DNA from: Longimicrobiales bacterium
GTDB taxonomy: Bacteria; Gemmatimonadota; Gemmatimonadetes; Longimicrobiales; RSA9
Length of the DNA: 64,000 bases
Assembly (NCBI GenBank): GCA_035513345.1
Contig: DATKCF010000042.1
Coordinates: 20,257-84,256, forward strand
Reading direction: 5' to 3'
Under the pieces are notes generated by a model that was not told where the DNA came from, ran no database searches, and saw nothing but the letters and a program-made list of their open reading frames with translations. The position numbers and the translations under genes were made by a program. Positions 25,484 to 34,963 of the stretch are shown here, one piece after another. Each line of letters opens with the position of its first letter. The first letter of the stretch is position 1.

Positions 25484-26635
25484 TCAGCCGCAGTAGTCGA
25501 GGATCGTTGCGGCGAGCACGGCGGCCGTCTGGTGCACGGACTCGAGATCGACCCATTCCTCGGCGGCGTGCGCTCCATGGCCGTGCGGACCGAACACGAT
25601 GGTATCGATGCCGGCGGCGGCGGTGAATGCGGAGTCCATCCACGGCGAGTCGCCGACGCGGTCGGGCGGCCGTCCGACCACGACGCTGGTGGCGCGCGTG
25701 AGCGACTCGGCGAGCCGCGAATCGGATCGCGCTTCGAACGAGTCACGCACGAGTTCGATGTCGAGCGACGCGTCGAACCCGGCATCTGCGGCGGCCAGCT
25801 CGTCGAGAATCTCGCGGATCTGCGTTGTCGCTTCCGATTCCGTTTCCCCGGGTATGGTCCTGCGTTCGATGCCGAGCCTGCACTGCGCGGCGTAGGTGCT
25901 GAGCCCGGTGCCGCCGGCGATCGTGGCGGCATGAATCGAGGCGGGTCCGACGAGCGGGTGCGCCCGTCCGGTCGCGAGCGTCCATGCGAGGCCGTCGAGC
26001 CGGGCCAGGACCCGGCCCATGTGCAGGTTCGCGTCGACTCCAAGGTCGGGCCGACTGCCGTGCGCGGCACGGCCGCGTGTCACGACGCGGTACCAGACGA
26101 AGCCCTTGTGGGCGAGGCAGAGCCGGAGCGAAGTCGGTTCGGTCACGATTGCGCCATCGGTCACATACGATTTCAGCACGTCCTGCGTGCCGATGCTAGC
26201 GGCTTCTTCGTCCGCGACGGCGGCGATAACGACCGTGCCTGCTGGCCGCCGCCCGGTCCGGACCAGCGCCTCGACGGCGCCGACGCAGGCGGCCAGACTG
26301 CCCTTCATGTCGTAGCTGCCGCGACCGTAAAGGCGGCCATCGCGGATGTCGCCGGAGAAGGGGTCCGCCATTCCCTCGACGCCCACAGTGTCGTAGTGTG
26401 CATTGAGCATGAGCGATGTGCCACGGCCATCGCCGGCCATGCGGCCGACGACGCTGGGCCGGCCGGGCACGCTCTCGAGGATCTCGACATCGAGTCCGAG
26501 GTCGCGCAGAACGCCGGCCGTGAAAGCCGCGATCTCCGCTTCGCCGGGTCCGGAACCGGGATCGAGCGTTGGATTCACCGAATCGATGCGCACGAGTGCG
26601 CGCAGCAGATCATTGATCCAGGTCGAGTCGATCAT
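25484..26635 (-). CDS. M20-family metallohydrolase (ArgE/DapE-like deacylase)
   Basis: 383 aa. Motifs LMLNAHYDTVGV, GRGSYDMKGSLAA, VADEEAASIG, FGPHGHGAHAAEEWV. Confidence 0.86.
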   Translation of the reverse strand: MIDSTWINDLLRALVRIDSVNPTLDPGSGPGEAEIAAFTAGVLRDLGLDVEILESVPGRPSVVGRMAGDGRGTSLMLNAHYDTVGVEGMADPFSGDIRDGRLYGRGSYDMKGSLAACVGAVEALVRTGRRPAGTVVIAAVADEEAASIGTQDVLKSYVTDGAIVTEPTSLRLCLAHKGFVWYRVVTRGRAAHGSRPDLGVDANLHMGRVLARLDGLAWTLATGRAHPLVGPASIHAATIAGGTGLSTYAAQCRLGIERRTIPGETESEATTQIREILDELAAADAGFDASLDIELVRDSFEARSDSRLAESLTRATSVVVGRPPDRVGDSPWMDSAFTAAAGIDTIVFGPHGHGAHAAEEWVDLESVHQTAAVLAATILDYCG

Positions 26636-26919
26636 GATATCTCGTTCCGCCCTTCAACGTGGCGGGCCAACGCGCAAGGCGGCTTGAGCGTCGAGATTCA
26701 GCAAGGACAAAGGGCCGCGGGCGCGGAATCTCGGCGCTCGCGTGCCGCCTGTCCAGCACCGGGGGGCCTGGCGGTCGGCGTGCCGCACGTTCCGCCATCC
26801 GGCGCGTGCCGCTCGTCGCGCGTGCGGATTCACCCGCCCCACGGTCCGGAACACGGTCCGCGTGGAGGCAGTATCTCGAAGGTGACAGGATCCCCCCGAA
26901 CCAGGAAGGAGCGGACCCG

Positions 26920-27936
26920 GTGCGCCGTCCTCTGATGACGGTCGCGGTCGCGTCAGCGGCCGTGACTCTCGTATTCGCCATCCGGTCGGGCACGTCCGCC
27001 GGCGGATCGGAGTATGCCGGCGAGCGGGGGTCCGCCACGGTGGCGTTCCCCTATGCCACATCGCCGAACGCCCTCTCAGCCCGGCCGTCCGGAACGCCCG
27101 GACCGATCGGCCAACGGCCAGCCGCGCGTCCCGGTCCGGAGACGTCGGCACCTGCGATGCCACGTGCGAGGCCCGGCACAGTCAGACCTCGCCTGGCGCC
27201 TCCTGCTGCCTTGCGGGCGCCGATCACACCGCTGGCGCCGCCGCAGCAATACTACGCGCCGGCGCCGGACGGCAACCACGCGTTCTACTTCACACGCGGC
27301 ATCTACTCGAGCTACAGCGGATGGGGTCGCAGGGGCGGCGGAAGCTGGTCGGTCGACTGGCCGAAGTCGGACCGGCAGTTCAACATCGTGCTGCGGCGGC
27401 TGACCAACATCGATTCATTCCTCGAGCCGCACGCCGTGGCGCTCGATGACCCCGCGTTGTTGCGGTACCCGTACGTTTACATCCTCGAGGTCGGCCGGAT
27501 CGCGCTGTCACCGGGCGAGATCTCGAACCTGCGCGATTTCCTGCTGAAGGGCGGGTTCCTGTTCGTCGACGATTTCTGGGGCAACAACGAATGGTACCCG
27601 TTCGAGGACGCGATGCGGCAGGTGCTGCCGGAGTATCCGATCGAGCCGCTGCCGCTCGAACACGAGTACTTTCACGCGTTCTACAGTGTCGACGAGGTAC
27701 TCCAGGTACCGAACGTCGGCAATGCGCGTCGCGGCATCACCTCCGAATGCCCCGGCTGCTACCCGGAGGTCTACGGTATATTCGATGACGAGCGCCGTCT
27801 CATGGTCGTGATCAACTGGAACACCGACCTCGGCGACGCGTGGGAGTGGGCGGAGCAGCCGGACTATCCCGTGAGGTACTCGACGTACGCCTTCGAAGTG
27901 GGCGTGAACGCGATCATCTACGCCATGAGTCATTGA
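26920..27936 (+). CDS. DUF4159-domain protein (copy 1)
   Basis: GTG at 26920, 7 nt after AGGAAGGAG (ATG alternative at 26935). TM/signal MTVAVASAAVTLVFAI. C-terminal region LKGGFLFVDDFWG...GVNAIIYAMSH is colinear with copy 2. Confidence 0.72.
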   Translation: MRRPLMTVAVASAAVTLVFAIRSGTSAGGSEYAGERGSATVAFPYATSPNALSARPSGTPGPIGQRPAARPGPETSAPAMPRARPGTVRPRLAPPAALRAPITPLAPPQQYYAPAPDGNHAFYFTRGIYSSYSGWGRRGGGSWSVDWPKSDRQFNIVLRRLTNIDSFLEPHAVALDDPALLRYPYVYILEVGRIALSPGEISNLRDFLLKGGFLFVDDFWGNNEWYPFEDAMRQVLPEYPIEPLPLEHEYFHAFYSVDEVLQVPNVGNARRGITSECPGCYPEVYGIFDDERRLMVVINWNTDLGDAWEWAEQPDYPVRYSTYAFEVGVNAIIYAMSH

Positions 27937-27940
27937 AGAC

Positions 27941-30214
27941 GTGTTTCAGACGATCTTCGAGTTCCTGTTCAAGTATCGCCCGCTGGTCTTCACGGAAGGC
28001 CGGCTGACGTTCCAGTCGCCGATCGGGATCGCGCTGTTGATTCCGGTCGTTGTGCTGGTCGTCGCATTGGCGATGTGGACGTATCGCAGCGTTGCCGGCA
28101 AGGCCACGGATCGCGACCGCGTCGTACTCGCGACACTGCGGGCGTGCGCGCTGGCGATCATTGCGTTCGCACTGCTGCGCCCGGTACTGCTGGTTTCGTC
28201 GGTCGTGCCGCAGCAGAACTACGTGGCAGTCGTGTTCGACGATTCGCGCAGCATGCGCATCATCGATGACGACGAAGCGCGCTCGGCGTTCGTCGCGCAG
28301 GCGTTCGGTCCCGGCAGTGCGCTGGTTGCGCAGCTCGAGGATCGTTTTCAGCTCCGGTATTTCGGATTCTCCGCGTCGACCGAACGTCTGAACGATCCGG
28401 GCATGCTGTCATTCGCCGGCAGCAATACGCGGATCGCGCCGGCGCTCGACCGGGTCCGCGAGGATCTTGCTGCGCTGCCGCTGTCCGGCATCGTGGTCGT
28501 GACTGACGGTGCGGACAACTCGGCGCTGGGCATGACGGAGTCGCTGCTGGCGCTGCAGGCGGCGCAGGTTCCGGTGTACACGGTCGGGCTGGGCCACGAG
28601 CACTACGCGAAGGACGTCGAGTTGAGCCGTGTGTCGACGCCGCGCACTGTCCTGAAGGGCGCATCGCTGGTCGTCGACCTGCTCGTGTCGCAGAGCGGCT
28701 ACACCGGTAAGACCGTCCGGGTCGTGGTCGAGGACGACGGCCGCATCGTCGGCTCCGAGGAAGTCACGCTGCCGCCCGACGGCGAACCGGTGCCGGTCCG
28801 TGTCCATTTCACGGCGGAGGAAGCGGGGGCTCGCCGGTTCAGGTTCCGCGTGCCGGCGCAGGCCGACGAGATGGTGCTCGAGAACAACGAGCAGGAAGCG
28901 CTGATCGACGTTCGGGACGACCGCCGCAAAATTCTCTTCTACGAGGGCGAGCCGCGTTGGGAAGTCGGGTTCATGCGCCGGGCGGTCGACGCCGATCCGA
29001 ACATTCAGCTGGTCGTGCTCCAGCGGACGGCCGAGAACAAGTACATGCGTCTGTCGGTCGACGACTCGACCGAGCTGTTCCAGGGTTTTCCGCGCACCCG
29101 GGAGGAGCTGTTCACGTACGACGCGATCGTACTCGGTACGGTCGAAGCCAGCGCATTCACGCACGAGCAGATGCGGATGATAGCCGATTTCGTGGGCGAT
29201 CGTGGCGGCGGTCTGCTCACGTTCGGCGGGCGTCGCTCGTACGCCGAGGGCGGGTGGACGGGCACGCCGGTTGCCGAGATCATGCCGATCGACATCGAAT
29301 CGTCGAGCCCGATCGACACGCTGTTCTTCGATTCACTCGTGGTCCGGCCGACACGAGCGGGGCAGACGCACCCGGCTATGCAGCTGGCAGGCTCGGAGGC
29401 GGCGTCGAGAACGCAATGGGAATCGCTGCCGCGTATCTCGACCGCGAACCGGCTCGGCCCGCTGAAGCCGGGCGCGACGGCGTTGCTTACGGGCAGGGGC
29501 GACATTCTCGACGAGCATCCCGTGCTGGCATTCCAGCGGTTCGGCAGCGGGCTGTCGATCGCGCTGGCGGCGCAGGATACGTGGCTCTGGCAGATGATTC
29601 CGCCGCTCGAGGACATGTCGCACGAGACGTTCTGGCGCCAGATGCTGCGCTGGCTGGTGAACGATTCGCCCGACCAGGTCACCGTCGCATTGCCCGCCGA
29701 CAGGTCGTCGCCCGGCGAAGCCGTGCGCATCATCGCGAACGTGTCCGACGAGGCGTTCGTCCGGGTGAACAGCAGCATGGTCACCGCGAAGATCACGTCG
29801 CCAACCGGCCAGGTCAGCGAGTTGCCGCTCGACTGGACCATCGAGCAGGACGGCGAGTACCGCTCCGTTTTCACGCCGCAGGAAACCGGCCTGCACCGTA
29901 TCGATGTCGAGGCGGTCTACGGTGACCGGACCGTGGCGAGCGATCCGGCGTATATCGACATAGCGGAAAGCCGCAGCGAATACTTCGGCTCGCAGCTCAA
30001 TGCGACGCTGCTCCAGCGAATCTCGAGGGAAACCGGCGGCCGACACTACACGCCGTCCACGGTGAGCTCGCTGCCGGAGGATCTCTCGATTACCGGCCGC
30101 GGTTCGACCGTCATCGAAGAGAAGGACCTGTGGGACATGCCGATTCTGCTGCTGCTGCTGCTTTCCATGATGGCGGCGGAATGGCTGTATCGCAGGAGGA
30201 AGGGACTGGCTTGA
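27941..30214 (+). CDS. Membrane protein with a vWA domain and a glutamine-amidotransferase-like (ThuA/DUF1355-type) domain
   Basis: GTG start 4 nt after the previous stop. N-terminal TM pair. MIDAS-like VVFDDSRSM ... VVVTDGADN. Later ILFYEGEPRWE...YDAIVLG...GGGLLTFGG. C-terminal TM ILLLLLLSMMAAEWLYRRRKG. Confidence 0.72.
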   Translation: MFQTIFEFLFKYRPLVFTEGRLTFQSPIGIALLIPVVVLVVALAMWTYRSVAGKATDRDRVVLATLRACALAIIAFALLRPVLLVSSVVPQQNYVAVVFDDSRSMRIIDDDEARSAFVAQAFGPGSALVAQLEDRFQLRYFGFSASTERLNDPGMLSFAGSNTRIAPALDRVREDLAALPLSGIVVVTDGADNSALGMTESLLALQAAQVPVYTVGLGHEHYAKDVELSRVSTPRTVLKGASLVVDLLVSQSGYTGKTVRVVVEDDGRIVGSEEVTLPPDGEPVPVRVHFTAEEAGARRFRFRVPAQADEMVLENNEQEALIDVRDDRRKILFYEGEPRWEVGFMRRAVDADPNIQLVVLQRTAENKYMRLSVDDSTELFQGFPRTREELFTYDAIVLGTVEASAFTHEQMRMIADFVGDRGGGLLTFGGRRSYAEGGWTGTPVAEIMPIDIESSSPIDTLFFDSLVVRPTRAGQTHPAMQLAGSEAASRTQWESLPRISTANRLGPLKPGATALLTGRGDILDEHPVLAFQRFGSGLSIALAAQDTWLWQMIPPLEDMSHETFWRQMLRWLVNDSPDQVTVALPADRSSPGEAVRIIANVSDEAFVRVNSSMVTAKITSPTGQVSELPLDWTIEQDGEYRSVFTPQETGLHRIDVEAVYGDRTVASDPAYIDIAESRSEYFGSQLNATLLQRISRETGGRHYTPSTVSSLPEDLSITGRGSTVIEEKDLWDMPILLLLLLSMMAAEWLYRRRKGLA

Positions 30215-30219
30215 GGGTG

Positions 30220-31230
30220 ATGCAGGGGACCGGAATCGTGGCGGGACTGCTCGCGCTGCTGTCGGCCTGGCCGGTGGCGGCGCAGTCGCGAACGCATGCC
30301 GTCATCATTACGGGCATCGGCGGCGAGCCGCGTTTCCAGGCGGTGTTCCACGAGTGGGGCGCGACGATGGTGAAGGCCGCCACCGAGCGCTGGGGCGTGC
30401 CAGCGGAGGACGTCGTTTTTCTGACGGAACAGCCTGACCGCGCCCCGGATCTGGCGGACGGCCGTTCGACGAAGGAAGAGATCGCGAAGACGCTGGCAGC
30501 GATCGGCAGGACAGCCGGCCCCGACGACGTCGTCTTCATTCTGTTCATCGGACACGGCAGTTTCTCGAACAACGAGGCCAGGCTGAGTCTGCCGGGGCCT
30601 GATGTGACTGCGCAGGAGCTGGCGGTCATGATCGACGGGCTGGGCCAGAGCCGGGTCGTGTTCGTGAACGCGGCCAGCTCGAGCGGCGCGTTCCTCGAAC
30701 CACTGAGCGGTGCCAACCGGATCGTAATCACGTCGACCCGGTCGGGCATGGAGCGCAATCTCTCGAAGTTCGGCGGCTGGTTCGTCGCAGCGTTCGCCCA
30801 GGACGTTGCTGACACGGACAAGGATGGCGCCGTGTCGATGGCAGAGGCGTTCGAGTACGCACGCGTCGAGACCCGTCGCGCGTACGAGGCGGAGCAGACA
30901 TTGCTGACCGAGCATGCCGTCCTCGATGACAACGGCGATGGCAAGGGTAGCGGGGAAGTGAGCCGGGAGAGTTTGGACGGCGCACTGGCCATGGTCACGT
31001 TCCTCGGTCGCGGCGCGGTCGTTGCAGGTGTTGAGGCGCCGCCGGATGCGAGCCCGGCACTGCGCGCACTGTACGAGCAGAAGCAGGCGCTGGAACGGCA
31101 GCTTGCCGACCTGCGCGCAGTGAAGGATACGATGGATCCGGAACGCTACGAGTCCGAGCTTGAACGGCTGCTCGTCGACCTGGCCCTGAAGAACCAGGAG
31201 ATCCGGCGAATGGAGGGCGGCGGCGCATGA
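30220..31230 (+). CDS. Legumain/C13-like (caspase-fold) protein with Ser at the catalytic Cys position
   Basis: Signal peptide MQGTGIVAGLLALLSAWPVAAQS. VVFILFIGHGS (His-Gly dyad) and, 41 residues later, VVFVNAASSSG aligning by eye to legumain MVFYIEACESG. C-terminal coiled coil. Confidence 0.62.
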   Translation: MQGTGIVAGLLALLSAWPVAAQSRTHAVIITGIGGEPRFQAVFHEWGATMVKAATERWGVPAEDVVFLTEQPDRAPDLADGRSTKEEIAKTLAAIGRTAGPDDVVFILFIGHGSFSNNEARLSLPGPDVTAQELAVMIDGLGQSRVVFVNAASSSGAFLEPLSGANRIVITSTRSGMERNLSKFGGWFVAAFAQDVADTDKDGAVSMAEAFEYARVETRRAYEAEQTLLTEHAVLDDNGDGKGSGEVSRESLDGALAMVTFLGRGAVVAGVEAPPDASPALRALYEQKQALERQLADLRAVKDTMDPERYESELERLLVDLALKNQEIRRMEGGGA

Positions 31231-33911
31231 GAACCATCGCGTACCGCTCCGGCTTGGCGCTGACCGCCGCGACCGTCGCATCACTGCTCGCGCAACCCGC
31301 CTGTGCAACGCAGGATGCTGGCGGTCAGACGAGTTCGCGTGCCGACCCATATGCCGCGTACCTGGCCGGCGAGTACGACGACGCCGCGCGGGGACTGCGC
31401 GCGCTGATCGAGGCTGACCCGTTGGATACACGGGCTCGCCGCACGCTCGTGGCCGTGTTTGTCGAGACGGGTCAGTACGAGGAGGCCGAGCGCGCGGCAC
31501 GGTCGAGCGAGACGCGCGAGCTGGCCAACGCGCTCGGCGAAGTGCTGATGCGCACGGGGAAGCTCGAAGAAGCCGAATCATCGTTCCGTCGCGCCGTACA
31601 GGCCGGCGCATCCGATGCCAACACGGCCCGGCTCAACCTCGCGACCCTCGACTGGAACAGGGGCGAGCGCGACGCCGCACTGAACGCGTTCGACAGGTTC
31701 ATCGACATCTACAACGACTCACCGGACCTGAGTGCCCGCGATCTCATCGCGGTCGCGGAGGCGGTGCGTCGTCTTGGCGCGCGCAACCCGCAACTGTTCC
31801 AGGACGCGGTCAAGGCGCTCGACGAAGCAATGGCCGCGGACCGCGGCATCGTCGATGGCGCGCCTGATGGCTTCGAAGCACGCGTTCGCATGGGCCATCT
31901 GTTTCTCGAGAAGTACAACAGCATCGAAGCGCAGCCGCTGTTCCGCGAAGTGCTCGCGCAGAATCCCCACCACCCCGGTGCGCTGCTCGGCATGGCGAAG
32001 GCGAAGAACTTCGACGGGTCGTCGGAATCGCTCGAGCTGGTCGACCAGAGCCTCGAGACCAACCCCAACAGTGTGGACGCGCTCGTGTTCCGCGCCCGGT
32101 TGCGGCTGGATCTGGAAGAGAACGAGGGCGCCCGCGAGGACATCGACAGGGCATTGTCGATCAATCCGCTCTCGCTCGACGCGCTGACGACGAGGGCGAC
32201 GGCCGAGTGGCTTGAGGCCGACGTCGCCGCATACGAGCGGACGCGGGCGGAGGTCATGGCGATCGACCCCGCACACTCGAGCCTGTTCAATGAGATGGCG
32301 GAGCTGGCGGTCCGTCAGCGACGCTATGAGGGCGCGGTCGAGCTGGCGCGCGAGGCCGTCGCGCTGAATCCGCTGGATGGCGCCGCGTGGGGCACGCTCG
32401 GTCTGAACGAGTTGCGCATCGGCGCTGTTGATGCGGCGAGGGCGAACCTCGAGATGTCGTTCGAGCGGGATCCGTACAATCCGTGGATCAAGAACACGCT
32501 CGATCTGCTCGACACGTTCGGCGAGTATCGTATCGTGAGGACCGAGCGGTTCGAGCTGATGCTGCACCAGAGCGAAGCGGACCTGCTGGCGCCGTACGTG
32601 GGTGAGCTGGCAGAGGAGGCGTACACGGCTCTCGCCGAACGCTACCAGTACAGCCCGCCTACGCCGGTGCGCGTCGAGGTCTATCCGCGGCACGCGGATT
32701 TCTCCGTACGTACGGTCGGGCTTGCCGGTCTCGGCGCGCTTGGTGTGTGTTTCGGCAACGTGCTGGCCATCGACTCGCCAGCGGCTCGCGAGCCCGGCGA
32801 GTTCAACTGGGGCTCGACGCTGTGGCACGAGCTGGCGCACACGATGACGCTGGGCCTGTCCAACCACCGGGTTCCGCGCTGGCTGACCGAGGGCCTGTCC
32901 GTTCTCGAGGAGCGCCGTGCCCGGCCTGGCTGGGGCGACGATCTGACGCCGCAGTTTCTCGCCGCCTACAAAGCCGGCGATGTTTTCCCGGTCAGTCGGC
33001 TGAGCCAGGGTTTCGTACGGCCACGCTTCCCCGAACAGATCGGCTATTCCTACTACCAGTCCTCGCTCGTCGCCGAAATGATCGAGGAGGAGCGCGGCTT
33101 CGACACGATCCTCGACATGCTGCGGGCCTACGGTCGGGGATTGTCGGACGCCGAGGTGTTCGAGCAGGTGCTGGGTGTGCTGCCCGAAGCGTTCGATGAC
33201 CGGTTCGACGACTGGTTGAAGCGCAGGTACGAGACACAGCTGGCATCGGTGCCCGCCGCGCGGCGCGAGGAAGGCGGCATGATCGAGCGCGCACTGGGCG
33301 CGATGCGTGGTGGCGGCGGTGGCGGTTTCCCGGCCGCAATGGCGCGCGGCCGCGAACTGGCGGAGGAAGGCAATCTCGAGGAAGCGATCGAGGCGTTCGA
33401 GCGCGCACAGTCGATGTTTCCTGAGTACGCCGGTCCCGGTAGCCCCTACGACGAGCTGGCGAAGCTGCACCAGGAGCGAGGTGATACGGCGGCGGCCGCC
33501 GCGCAGTTGCAGGCACTGACCGCGATCGACGAGAACCGGTACGGCGCGAACATCGCGCTCGCGGACCTGCTCGAAGGCATGGGCGACGCTGGCCAGGCCG
33601 TCGCGGCGCTCGAGCGCGTCATCTACGTTTCACCCTACGAGAAGGCACTTCACGAGCGGATGGTCAGACTGTACACGCAGATGGATGACAGGCAAGGCGT
33701 CGTGAGCGCACGCAGGGCACTCGTCGCGCTCGACCCCGTCGACCGTTCCGATGCGCTCTACCAGCTTGCGCTCGCCTACGAAGCCGCCGGCGAACCGGCA
33801 GCGGCACGGCGCGAGGTCGTGCGTGCGCTCGAAATCGCACCCAACTTCGTCGGAGCACAGGAGCTTCTGCTCAGGCTGCGTGGCCGCTCGCCGTCCGGAG
33901 CGCCCGAATGA
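31227..33911 (+). CDS. TPR-repeat protein with embedded HExxH (MA-clan, gluzincin-like) peptidase domain
   Basis: ATGA overlap with the upstream gene. Signal peptide. Multiple TPR-like helical repeats on both sides of GSTLWHELAHTM...WLTEGLSVLEE. Confidence 0.72.
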   Translation: MRTIAYRSGLALTAATVASLLAQPACATQDAGGQTSSRADPYAAYLAGEYDDAARGLRALIEADPLDTRARRTLVAVFVETGQYEEAERAARSSETRELANALGEVLMRTGKLEEAESSFRRAVQAGASDANTARLNLATLDWNRGERDAALNAFDRFIDIYNDSPDLSARDLIAVAEAVRRLGARNPQLFQDAVKALDEAMAADRGIVDGAPDGFEARVRMGHLFLEKYNSIEAQPLFREVLAQNPHHPGALLGMAKAKNFDGSSESLELVDQSLETNPNSVDALVFRARLRLDLEENEGAREDIDRALSINPLSLDALTTRATAEWLEADVAAYERTRAEVMAIDPAHSSLFNEMAELAVRQRRYEGAVELAREAVALNPLDGAAWGTLGLNELRIGAVDAARANLEMSFERDPYNPWIKNTLDLLDTFGEYRIVRTERFELMLHQSEADLLAPYVGELAEEAYTALAERYQYSPPTPVRVEVYPRHADFSVRTVGLAGLGALGVCFGNVLAIDSPAAREPGEFNWGSTLWHELAHTMTLGLSNHRVPRWLTEGLSVLEERRARPGWGDDLTPQFLAAYKAGDVFPVSRLSQGFVRPRFPEQIGYSYYQSSLVAEMIEEERGFDTILDMLRAYGRGLSDAEVFEQVLGVLPEAFDDRFDDWLKRRYETQLASVPAARREEGGMIERALGAMRGGGGGGFPAAMARGRELAEEGNLEEAIEAFERAQSMFPEYAGPGSPYDELAKLHQERGDTAAAAAQLQALTAIDENRYGANIALADLLEGMGDAGQAVAALERVIYVSPYEKALHERMVRLYTQMDDRQGVVSARRALVALDPVDRSDALYQLALAYEAAGEPAAARREVVRALEIAPNFVGAQELLLRLRGRSPSGAPE

Positions 33912-34822
33912 GGACCGCACTGGCAGTTGCGATTGCGTGTGTCCTGGCCGCTGGCGGTGTGCTGCTGGCAGCCAGCGTACGCCAGGATGATCGGACCGCA
34001 CACAGCGCACCGGCTGCCGCTCGCGCGGGCGTTGCGGAGCGAGGGTTGGGGCCGGCGGGTTCGCAGCCATCGATCTTCGAAGCGAGCCGCAGCGACATCG
34101 CCTCGAATGCGATACAGGATTACCAGTACTACCCGTACGATGCACGGCTGACATTCGTCCGGATTCGTCCGGCGGAAGCCAGGGGCAACCGTGGCGGCTG
34201 GGGGGTCCGCGGCAATCGTGACCCGCCCTGGAGGCACGACTACCCGACCGCGGAGCACAACCTGTCGAAGATCGTGCGGGAGCTCACGTTCGTTCGCATG
34301 CGAGTGGAGAACTGGGGCGGCAATGTCCTGACGCTCGAAGACCCGCGGCTCATGCAGTTTCCGCTCGCGTACATGTCCGAACCGGGTTTCTGGACCGTGA
34401 CACCTGGAGAGGCCGACGCGCTACGCGCGTACCTGCTCAAGGGTGGCTTCATCATCTTCGATGATTTCGGCGGCAACCAGGGCCGCTACGACATGGAGAA
34501 TCTGGCCCAGCAGATGGCGCGCGTTCTGCCCGAGCTCCAGTGGGTCCGGCTGGATGCGACCGCGGCCATATTCGATTCGTTCTTCCAGATCGATCCCGAC
34601 AACCTCGCGCTGGCCGGCGACTCGTATCGCGGTGTTCCCGTGTTCTACGGAATGTTCGAGGGGAACGATCAGGTGGATGGCCGGCTGCTGGCGATCGCGG
34701 CCGACGCCGGCGACTTCGGTGATTTCTGGGAGTTTTCCGAAACGGGATACTATCCGGTCGACATCTCGAACGAGGCGTACAAGGTGGGTATCAACTACAT
34801 CGTGTATGCGTTGACGCACTAG
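33908..34822 (+). CDS. DUF4159-domain protein (copy 2)
   Basis: ATGA overlap with the upstream gene. Signal/TM MRTALAVAIACVLAAGGVLLAA. LKGGFIIFDDFGG ... GINYIVYALTH is colinear with copy 1. Confidence 0.74.
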   Translation: MRTALAVAIACVLAAGGVLLAASVRQDDRTAHSAPAAARAGVAERGLGPAGSQPSIFEASRSDIASNAIQDYQYYPYDARLTFVRIRPAEARGNRGGWGVRGNRDPPWRHDYPTAEHNLSKIVRELTFVRMRVENWGGNVLTLEDPRLMQFPLAYMSEPGFWTVTPGEADALRAYLLKGGFIIFDDFGGNQGRYDMENLAQQMARVLPELQWVRLDATAAIFDSFFQIDPDNLALAGDSYRGVPVFYGMFEGNDQVDGRLLAIAADAGDFGDFWEFSETGYYPVDISNEAYKVGINYIVYALTH

Positions 34823-34963
34823 CGGTCAATGTCCGAGGCGGGTCGAGCTTGAAGGCCATCGGACATAGTGGACGAGTGGCCAGACCGGGACCGGACGAAG
34901 TGGAGACGTGAAGCGGCCGCGGGCGAGGGCCGGCGGCGAACTGACACACCCCATGGAGGGATA

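Noticed and set aside
30046-33470. Long minus-strand ORFs 30046-31611 (521 aa) and 31719-33470 (583 aa)
   Set aside because: They are antisense to the legumain-like and TPR/HExxH genes. Composition is Arg/His/Pro-rich and low-complexity with no motifs. The plus-strand genes are translationally coupled and carry recognisable domains.
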